64,000 nt of DNA, taken from contig JAQWNJ010000017.1 in assembly GCA_029268695.1 (NCBI GenBank), forward strand, positions 56,521-120,520, written 5' to 3'. This document shows, piece after piece, positions 56,922 through 64,000 of the stretch (the stretch's first letter is position 1; every line of letters starts with the position of its first letter). The notes under the pieces were generated by a model. The model saw nothing but the letters and a program-made list of their open reading frames with translations. It searched no databases and had not been told where the DNA came from. The position numbers and the translations under genes were made by a program. The stretch is from Bacteroidia bacterium. Its GTDB lineage: Bacteria; Bacteroidota; Bacteroidia; NS11-12g; UBA9320.

Positions 56922-58505
56922 ATGAAAAGAAGAGATTTCCTCAAACGAGTAGCACCAGCGTCACTACTTCCATTTGCAATAAATGGCCAACCTATTACGG
57001 CATATGGTAAATTATTTGGAACAAATGCAGAAGATTTTACTGAAACTGATAAAGTTTTAGTTCTTGTTCAACTAAATGGAGGTAATGATGGGTTAAATAC
57101 ACTTATACCTCTTGATCAATATCAAAATTTAACCAAGGCACGACCCGATGTGATATTACCTGAAAATAAAGTCCTCCCTCTAAATGGTATTGACGGTACA
57201 GGATTACATCCATCCATGTCAAAAATGAAAAATATGTATGATGAAGGTAAAATGCGAATCATACAATCGGTAGGTTATCCAAATCAAAACTACTCCCACT
57301 TCAGATCAACAGATATATGGATGTCAGGATCTGATTCAAATGAAATTCTTGAAAGTGGCTGGGTAGGTCGATACTTATCTGAAGAATGGCCCAACTATCC
57401 AAATGGTTTTCCTAATGATGATATGGAGGATCCACTTGCCATTCAAATTGGATCACTCGTATCACAGGTATGTCAAGGTGTTGCAGTTAATATGGGATTT
57501 GCCCTTTCAAATCCTACTAATTATTACCAACTATTAACTGGTAATTATCCAGATGCCCCAAATACATGGGCGGGTAAAGAGTTAGACTACCTGAGAACAG
57601 TAGCAAGACAGACTAATGAATATTCCGTCAAAATAAAAGAAGCTGCAGAAAGTTCAACTAATTTATCTGATCTATACCCAGAAGGCAATCGACTAGCAGA
57701 TCAACTTAAAATTGTTGCCCAATTAATAGCTGGTGGTCTTAAAACACGTGTATACATTGTATCTCTTGGAGGTTTTGATACGCACGCTAATCAAGTTGAC
57801 CCTGTGGATAGTAATGAAACAGGTTACCATGCATTCTTGCTGGAAACCGTATCTGAGGCTATCAATGCATTTCAGGATGATATCGAAAAACTAAAGATCG
57901 ATCATCGAGTTTTAGGAATGACGTTTAGTGAATTTGGAAGACGAATAATTAGTAACGCAAGCACAGGAACTGATCACGGGTCTGCTGCTCCATTATTCAT
58001 GTTTGGGTCTAAAGTTAAATCTGGTATGTCTGGAAATAACCCTATAATTCCTGATGAAGTAACAGCCAAAGATAATCTTGAGATGGAATTTGACTTCAGA
58101 ACAATTTACAGTTCAATTCTCCAAGATTGGTTCTGCTTAGATAAAACAGATACAGATAGTATTCTCCTGCAAGATTTTGAAAAAATGAATATTATCCAAG
58201 ATGCCTGTTCTACATCATCTGCAGATCGCTTAAAACAAAAGCAAACTGGCGATGCATATATCAGGAATTATCCTAACCCTTTTGGAAATGAGACCACTAT
58301 TAAATATTTTTCTAATGGTGATCAAATTAATATTTCCATTGTAGATGTTCATGGACGATTGATTGATACACTAGTTAGTGACAACATACCACATGGCTCA
58401 CATGAAATAAAGTTTAACGCTTCAAGTCTAAAACCTGGCACCTATTATCTTACATACCAAAGTGGCTTAATAACTCAAACCAGAAGCTTACTTAAAATCA
58501 GGTAA
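56922..58505 (+). CDS. DUF1501-family (sulfatase/alkaline-phosphatase-like) protein with Tat signal and T9SS type-A C-terminal sorting domain
   Basis: Tat motif KRRDFLKRVAPASLLPFA; DUF1501 motifs LVQLNGGNDGLNTLIP, GGFDTHANQ, GTDHG; C-terminal ~80 aa YPNPFGNETTIKY...ISIVDVHGRLIDTL...GSHEIKFNASSLKPGTYYLTYQSG fits the T9SS CTD pattern. Confidence 0.75.
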   Translation: MKRRDFLKRVAPASLLPFAINGQPITAYGKLFGTNAEDFTETDKVLVLVQLNGGNDGLNTLIPLDQYQNLTKARPDVILPENKVLPLNGIDGTGLHPSMSKMKNMYDEGKMRIIQSVGYPNQNYSHFRSTDIWMSGSDSNEILESGWVGRYLSEEWPNYPNGFPNDDMEDPLAIQIGSLVSQVCQGVAVNMGFALSNPTNYYQLLTGNYPDAPNTWAGKELDYLRTVARQTNEYSVKIKEAAESSTNLSDLYPEGNRLADQLKIVAQLIAGGLKTRVYIVSLGGFDTHANQVDPVDSNETGYHAFLLETVSEAINAFQDDIEKLKIDHRVLGMTFSEFGRRIISNASTGTDHGSAAPLFMFGSKVKSGMSGNNPIIPDEVTAKDNLEMEFDFRTIYSSILQDWFCLDKTDTDSILLQDFEKMNIIQDACSTSSADRLKQKQTGDAYIRNYPNPFGNETTIKYFSNGDQINISIVDVHGRLIDTLVSDNIPHGSHEIKFNASSLKPGTYYLTYQSGLITQTRSLLKIR

Positions 58506-59048
58506 TTAAAAAGGAGATCTAAAATCTTCAAAATCTAAAGCTATTTGATCTTTTACCGATAAGATTGGATTATCTATACCCCAATTGATATTCAACAATT
58601 TTGAATTCCAAAGTATGGACCCCTCAGAATCTTTGTTGTAATAATTTGTGCATTTATAAGAAAATACTGTGTTGTCTTCCAATGTTAAAAAACCATGAGC
58701 AAAACCAGAGGGGATATAGAACATAGTTTTATTTTCTTCATTCAACTCAATTGAAAAGTGATGTCCATAAGTTGGAGATTTATGACGTATATCAACTGCC
58801 ACATCTAAAGCAGAACCTTTAATTACCCGCACTAATTTACCTTGTGAAAAAGGGTCTCTTTGAAAATGCAAACCTCTTAAAATACCCTTACTACTGGATG
58901 ATTGATTATCTTGTACAAAATTTGATTTAATACCATGTGAATTCATAAAGTCCTCACGATAACTTTCAAAGAAATGGCCTCTTTCATCACCATAAACAGT
59001 AGGTTTAATAACTAGAAGTCCATCAATATTTGTGGTTGAAACATTCAT
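58506..59048 (-). CDS. rfbC: dTDP-4-dehydrorhamnose 3,5-epimerase
   Basis: Cupin-fold RmlC motifs (GLLVIKPTVYGDERGHFFESY; LRGLHFQ; AHGFLTLEDNTVFSYK); 180 aa. Confidence 0.85.
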   Translation of the reverse strand: MNVSTTNIDGLLVIKPTVYGDERGHFFESYREDFMNSHGIKSNFVQDNQSSSSKGILRGLHFQRDPFSQGKLVRVIKGSALDVAVDIRHKSPTYGHHFSIELNEENKTMFYIPSGFAHGFLTLEDNTVFSYKCTNYYNKDSEGSILWNSKLLNINWGIDNPILSVKDQIALDFEDFRSPF

Positions 59049-59162
59049 TTTATATTACAATGATAAATAACTTATTAAGTTGTTAAAAATTGTTTGACAT
59101 ATAAGTTAAAAACCAAATTAAATTAAATGAAATTCGCATCTTACAATTATTAGAAAATCTTC

Positions 59163-61433
59163 ATGTCTGAACCTCCATATTTAAAAGATCTAAACCCTGA
59201 GCAAAAAGCTGCAGTTATCCAAACAGACGGTCCTATAATGATCGTTGCAGGTGCTGGATCTGGCAAAACTAGAGTTTTGACGTATAGAATTGCACATTTA
59301 ATTGCCACAGGAGTTGACCCATTTAACATACTATCACTCACATTTACCAACAAAGCTGCTAGAGAAATGCGAAACCGAATTGAGCATGTTGTTGGTCTTG
59401 AAGCACGAAATATCTGGATGGGTACATTTCATTCCGTCTTTGCAAAAATATTGCGTATTGAAGCTGATAAAATTGGTTATCCGCAGAACTTCACTATTTA
59501 TGACTCTGACGATAGTAAAAGCCTCATTAAATCTATTGTCAAAGAAATGAATCTTGATGATAAAATATATAAACCAAATTATATCCTTTCTCGGATTAGT
59601 AATGCAAAAAATAATCTAATCCAGGCCCATGTGTATCAAACTCAATCAGACCTAATTGCATATGATGAGACCACAGGAAGAGGAAAAATTCATGAGATCT
59701 ATACTGAATATGCAAAACGTTGCTTTAGATATGGAGCAATGGATTTTGATGATTTGCTTTTAAATACTTTCAAACTACTCAATAATTTCCCTGATGTTTT
59801 ACATAAATACCAGCACAAGTTCAAATATGTTATGGTTGACGAGTATCAAGACACAAACCATTGCCAGTATATGATTATAAAGAAGCTAGCTAGTGTTTTT
59901 GAGAATATATGTGTAGTTGGTGATGATGCTCAAAGTATTTACTCATTTAGAGGTGCAACAATCAAAAACATCTTAAATTTTGAAAAAGACTATCCAGACT
60001 TAAATGTTTATAAACTAGAACAAAACTATCGATCAACCGAAACTATAGTCAATGCAGCCAATAGTGTAATTGCAAAAAATAAGGATCAAATTGAGAAAAA
60101 AGTATGGACAGAAAATGATGCCGGAAATAAAATAAAAATTATTCGTGCTGTCACTGATAATGAAGAGGGAAAAATGATTGCTCAAAACATCTTTGAGACA
60201 AAAATGTCTGAGCAAAAGATGAACAGTGATTTTGCAATACTATATAGAACAAATTCTCAATCCAGAAGCTTAGAGGAAGCACTTCGTAAACTCAACATAC
60301 CCTATAGAATATATGGAGGGATGAGCTTTTATCAAAGGAAAGAGATTAAAGATATACTAGCATATTTAAGACTCATTATTAACCAAGCAGACGATGAAGC
60401 TTTAAAACGTATCATTAACTACCCAACTCGGGGCATTGGTAAAACGTCCCTTGATCGTATAAATGTCATTGCGTCCAACGAAGAAAAATCAATTTGGGAG
60501 GTAATTCTTGTTGCAGATAGGTACCCTGAACTAAAAGGAGCAACCAAAAAATTAAAAAACTTTGTAGAAATGATTCAAAGTTTTATCAAATTGACCAGTC
60601 AACAAAATGCCTATGAAATAGCTATGCATGTTGCTCGCACAACTAATCTACTTAAAATACTTCATGAAGATAAAACTATAGAAGGGATCAATAAATATGA
60701 AAACATCGTTGAATTATTGAATGGTCTAAAAGAGTTTGTTGAGGACGATACTAATGAGTCTGAGAAAGATCTGGGAAGTTATATGCAAGATATAGCACTA
60801 TTAACAGATGCGGATAAAGAAAATGACGATAATGATCGTGTATCTTTAATGACTATCCATCAAAGTAAAGGACTGGAATATAGTAAAGTGTATGTATCTG
60901 GTCTAGAAGAAAATTTATTCCCCTCACAAATGGCCCTAGCTGACAGAAGTCAGTTGGAGGAAGAAAGAAGGCTTTTCTATGTTGCCATAACAAGAGCTGA
61001 ACAGAACTTAACCCTATCGTTTGCTACAAGTAGATTTAGGTTTGGCAATCTTCTTCCTTGTGAACCGAGTCGATTTATTGATGAAATTGACAATGAATTT
61101 CTTGAATTCTCAAAGAGAGTTATCACAAAACCGCAAACTCATGAGAATTCGAACACTAATTTTTATAGGAAAAAACAAGAGCCCAGTTCTTTAAAAAGAA
61201 CTATTTCTCGTCAAAATAAGCCTAAAATGATTAGACCCCCTGCTACTGAAAATTTTGTGCATGAACAAATCCATGATATTTCAATTAATATGAAAGTAGA
61301 ACATCATCGATTTGGTTTTGGAGAAATTAAAAAAATAGAACCACTTGAAAATCCGGAAAAAGCAACTATAATTTTTGACGATTTTGGCGAAAAAACACTT
61401 GTATTAAAATTTGCCAAACTCAGAAGAGTATAG
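59163..61433 (+). CDS. UvrD/PcrA/Rep-family ATP-dependent DNA helicase
   Basis: Motif I VAGAGSGKTRVLTYRIAHL, motif II VMVDEYQDTN, motif III VVGDDAQSIYSFRGA, motif V/VI region (MTIHQSKGLE; LFYVAITRAEQNL); 756 aa. Confidence 0.85.
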   Translation: MSEPPYLKDLNPEQKAAVIQTDGPIMIVAGAGSGKTRVLTYRIAHLIATGVDPFNILSLTFTNKAAREMRNRIEHVVGLEARNIWMGTFHSVFAKILRIEADKIGYPQNFTIYDSDDSKSLIKSIVKEMNLDDKIYKPNYILSRISNAKNNLIQAHVYQTQSDLIAYDETTGRGKIHEIYTEYAKRCFRYGAMDFDDLLLNTFKLLNNFPDVLHKYQHKFKYVMVDEYQDTNHCQYMIIKKLASVFENICVVGDDAQSIYSFRGATIKNILNFEKDYPDLNVYKLEQNYRSTETIVNAANSVIAKNKDQIEKKVWTENDAGNKIKIIRAVTDNEEGKMIAQNIFETKMSEQKMNSDFAILYRTNSQSRSLEEALRKLNIPYRIYGGMSFYQRKEIKDILAYLRLIINQADDEALKRIINYPTRGIGKTSLDRINVIASNEEKSIWEVILVADRYPELKGATKKLKNFVEMIQSFIKLTSQQNAYEIAMHVARTTNLLKILHEDKTIEGINKYENIVELLNGLKEFVEDDTNESEKDLGSYMQDIALLTDADKENDDNDRVSLMTIHQSKGLEYSKVYVSGLEENLFPSQMALADRSQLEEERRLFYVAITRAEQNLTLSFATSRFRFGNLLPCEPSRFIDEIDNEFLEFSKRVITKPQTHENSNTNFYRKKQEPSSLKRTISRQNKPKMIRPPATENFVHEQIHDISINMKVEHHRFGFGEIKKIEPLENPEKATIIFDDFGEKTLVLKFAKLRRV

Positions 61434-61544
61434 AATGTGATACTTTTGCAATAGATATGGGTAGTATCTTAACCAACATTACCAAAAAGATTGTCCCTGA
61501 ATACATAAGTAATAACTCCATCTATGAAAAGTTAGATGAGAAAT

Positions 61545-62018
61545 TTACTGAGTGATTGAAATCTTTGTCCAGTCCTTAGTATCGATTTTGTCATTCATAT
61601 AATTCACTAGTTCTACAATTTCATTTGGAGCTAGATTGTTTTCAAAGCAAACTGTAGTAGTATCTCCAACTGAATTTGAGTATTGAACAACAGTAGATGG
61701 CAAATCAGAGTAGCCTGTTTTGTACTCCGCCTTATATATATCCCAATCCATCGATCCAGTTAATTTAACAATCTCATCAAAATCAGTTGCTGAAACATCA
61801 GCTATATGTTCACCGAGGTATTCAAAAAATTTATATCCCTCAAGATTAAATTTATTCCCAATTAACGATAAATTATATATGGGACATTCTCCAAAGCAAC
61901 CTGTCTTGCTGACGGATAAATAAACTCCTTGATTATAATCAAATGAATTAGATTTTTTAAAGGAACCACATGAGATAAATAAAACCGCTGATAAAGTAAA
62001 AAAACTAGCTTTAATCAT
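61545..62018 (-). CDS. Hypothetical lipoprotein with GCFGECP motif
   Basis: Signal plus lipobox LFISCGS; 157 aa; TAATG-type overlap with the lolA stop (co-transcription with ftsK-lolA). Confidence 0.5.
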   Translation of the reverse strand: MIKASFFTLSAVLFISCGSFKKSNSFDYNQGVYLSVSKTGCFGECPIYNLSLIGNKFNLEGYKFFEYLGEHIADVSATDFDEIVKLTGSMDWDIYKAEYKTGYSDLPSTVVQYSNSVGDTTTVCFENNLAPNEIVELVNYMNDKIDTKDWTKISITQ

Positions 62019-62668
62019 TATCTAAGGTCAATTTCAATAACCCCTGGTTTATCTTTTACGTTGAACTTAAAGTAACTGTCATTTATATTTACATTAGGCT
62101 CAAATTTAGAGATGGTATAAGTTGTGATGATACCATTTTTGTTGTGAACAGACATCTCCTTTATCTTATTAGCTATCTTATCAATACTTAACTTAACAAG
62201 AAAGTAACTCTTGTTTTTGTTAGTTGGCGTCAATTTGACTAGATCTAGTGTAGATTTACCAACTGTTTTTTGACCAATATAAGAATGGATGAATCCCTTT
62301 TCATAAATGGTAAATATCTCTGAAGGGTTAATATCTATGGAACTTGGGTCAAATTTAGAGATTTGAACTTCGTTGGCATCTTCTAAATACGTCCAAATTG
62401 TTTTGCCATCACAAGAAATTTCCTGACCTGATATATTAACTTTAAATTTCTTACCTTTTTGATATAATACACCTGATTGTGTAACTGAGGTTTTAGTCTG
62501 CTTGTTATCAATTTTTATTTTAAATGTGGCTTTTAAAGACTTGTAGGTTTTGTAGGTTTTACTTAGTTTATTTAAAATAATTGCACTTCTATTGTCTTGG
62601 GTTTCAGAATTAGACAAAAAAGGGCTAGCCAATAGGCCAATGAAGATGAGTAATAGTATTTTTTTCAT
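62018..62668 (-). CDS. lolA: LolA-like outer-membrane lipoprotein carrier protein
   Basis: Signal peptide; ~216 aa; immediately downstream of ftsK as is typical in Bacteroidota; open beta-barrel LolA-family size and composition. Confidence 0.55.
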   Translation of the reverse strand: MKKILLLIFIGLLASPFLSNSETQDNRSAIILNKLSKTYKTYKSLKATFKIKIDNKQTKTSVTQSGVLYQKGKKFKVNISGQEISCDGKTIWTYLEDANEVQISKFDPSSIDINPSEIFTIYEKGFIHSYIGQKTVGKSTLDLVKLTPTNKNKSYFLVKLSIDKIANKIKEMSVHNKNGIITTYTISKFEPNVNINDSYFKFNVKDKPGVIEIDLR

Positions 62669-62680
62669 TTTTTTATTCTT

Positions 62681-64000
62681 CTAATTAATGCTGTTCAAGA
62701 ACTGTTCCAAAGCGTATTCATCTGGCAGTAATACCGACCTTGCTTTGCTTCCCTCGAACGGGCCTACAATATTAGCTGCTTCTAACTGATCTATCAAACG
62801 ACCAGCACGATTATATCCTACTTTGAGCCTTCTTTGAATGAGGCTAGTACTTCCCTGTTGATGCTGAACAACAATTCGAGCCGCATCTTCAAAAAGAGCA
62901 TCTCGGTCATCAGCATTAAAATCACTGCCATCTCCAGAACTCTCCTCTCTTACTTCTGGTAAAATATGTGCATCAGGATAACCTCTTTGATTTCCAATAA
63001 ATCCTGTTATTGTGTCTACTTCAGGTGTGTCAACGAATGGACATTGCAAACGAACCATGTCGCTCCCGGTAGAATATAACATATCTCCCTTACCGATAAG
63101 TTGATCTGCACCATTTCCATCCAAGATAGTTCTACTATCAATTTTACTACTTACTCTAAAAGCTATACGGGCAGGGAAATTAGCTTTTATTGTTCCAGTT
63201 ATGATATTAACAGAGGGCCGTTGTGTAGCTAAAATCAAATGAATTCCAATGGCGCGTGCTAATTGAGCAATTCTTCCTATTGGATGCTCAACCTCTTTTC
63301 CAGCTGTCATGATTAAATCTGCTACCTCATCAATAATTACAACAATGTATGGAAGATATTTATGCCCTTCCTCAGGATTCAATTTACGTTTGATAAATTT
63401 CGAATTATATTCTTTGATATTTCGAACCATAGCTGCTTGAAGTAAAGCATATCGTTGATCCATCTCCTCACATAATGAATTTAAGGTAGAAATTACTTGC
63501 TTATTATCTGTAATGATAGCATCTCCTTCTCCAGGAAGTTTTGCTAAGTAATGACGCTCTATAGTTTGGTAAAGGGTAAGTTCTACCTTCTTAGGATCAA
63601 CCATTACAAATTTTAATTCCGCAGGATGTTTTCTATATAAAAGAGATACGATTATGGCATTTAAACCGACTGATTTACCTTGACCTGTTGCTCCAGCCAT
63701 CAATAAATGCGGCATCTTGGCTAAATCCGCAACATATACCTCGTTGGAAATGGTCTTACCCAAACATACGGGTAACGCAGCATCTGAATTTTGATATTTA
63801 GCACTGTTAATTACAGAGTGCATACTGACAATCTCAGGTTTTTTATTCGGCACTTCAATACCAATTGTACCCTTCCCTGGTATGGGTGCAATAATTCTAA
63901 TACCCAAAGCAGCTAAACTCAAGGCAATATCATCTTCTAAATTTTTTATTTTAGAAATTCTCACCCCAGCCTCAGGAACAATTTCAAATAATGTTACGGT
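62681..64000 (-). CDS. ftsK: DNA translocase FtsK, C-terminal motor and gamma domains; N-terminus lies outside the window
   Basis: Walker A LLMAGATGQGKSVGLNAII, FtsK alpha/beta domain motifs (IAPIPGKGTIGIEVPN, LPYIVVIIDEVADLIM), C-terminal winged-helix gamma domain; reading frame stays open to base 64000 (the track's 'start' at 63964 is a GTG inside the frame). Confidence 0.85.
   Translation of the reverse strand, partial: TVTLFEIVPEAGVRISKIKNLEDDIALSLAALGIRIIAPIPGKGTIGIEVPNKKPEIVSMHSVINSAKYQNSDAALPVCLGKTISNEVYVADLAKMPHLLMAGATGQGKSVGLNAIIVSLLYRKHPAELKFVMVDPKKVELTLYQTIERHYLAKLPGEGDAIITDNKQVISTLNSLCEEMDQRYALLQAAMVRNIKEYNSKFIKRKLNPEEGHKYLPYIVVIIDEVADLIMTAGKEVEHPIGRIAQLARAIGIHLILATQRPSVNIITGTIKANFPARIAFRVSSKIDSRTILDGNGADQLIGKGDMLYSTGSDMVRLQCPFVDTPEVDTITGFIGNQRGYPDAHILPEVREESSGDGSDFNADDRDALFEDAARIVVQHQQGSTSLIQRRLKVGYNRAGRLIDQLEAANIVGPFEGSKARSVLLPDEYALEQFLNSIN

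Noticed and set aside
1-64000. Scanned for CRISPR arrays, IS elements/transposases, integrases, toxin-antitoxin pairs and phage genes
   Set aside because: No direct-repeat arrays, no transposase- or integrase-like ORFs, and no compositional island evident; the window looks like core chromosome.

Overview
This looks like a low-GC (about 33-35%) Bacteroidota chromosomal segment, most likely from a Flavobacteriia-type organism. Genes are packed tightly with many short same-strand overlaps. I find no tRNA or rRNA genes, CRISPR arrays, IS elements, integrases or phage genes. Most of the window is housekeeping: ychF (3' end), trpS, truA, ftcD, rnr, nth, pruA, dnaB, clpC, argS, folP, aroK, hup, gcvP, rfbC, a UvrD-family helicase, lolA and ftsK (partial). 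The main functional island is the type IX secretion / gliding-motility core porP(sprF-like)-gldK-gldL-gldM-gldN at 9.1-14.9 kb, closed by a clear bidirectional terminator. Other units worth noting are listed below. (1) A minus-strand operon pairing a CrtI/CrtD-family desaturase with a CruF-like membrane protein, a small secreted protein and a thiolase. (2) A DUF1800/DUF1501 pair in which the DUF1501 protein has both a Tat signal and a T9SS type-A C-terminal sorting domain. (3) Two TonB-dependent receptors, one with an upstream predicted surface lipoprotein. (4) An nfeD-floA (flotillin) operon. (5) Scattered peptide-type ABC parts: a twin-NBD ATPase here and a lone OppB-like permease coupled to aroK there. 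(6) A 400-bp AT-rich dnaB-clpC intergenic region with three TTATCAAC(A) DnaA-box-like 8/9-mers next to an AT tract (candidate oriC/DUE or DnaA-regulated promoter). (7) Two small minus-strand ORFs missing from the supplied ORF track. Several ORF-track starts appear too far upstream (gldL, gldN, porP, clpC, azurin, the 448-aa lipoprotein); corrected starts are given. No single block stands out as a clear novel system. The best leads for undescribed biology are the DUF1800/DUF1501 T9SS-cargo pair, the Cys-rich KE-rich lipoprotein at 344-604, and the carotenoid-tailoring operon with its small secreted protein.
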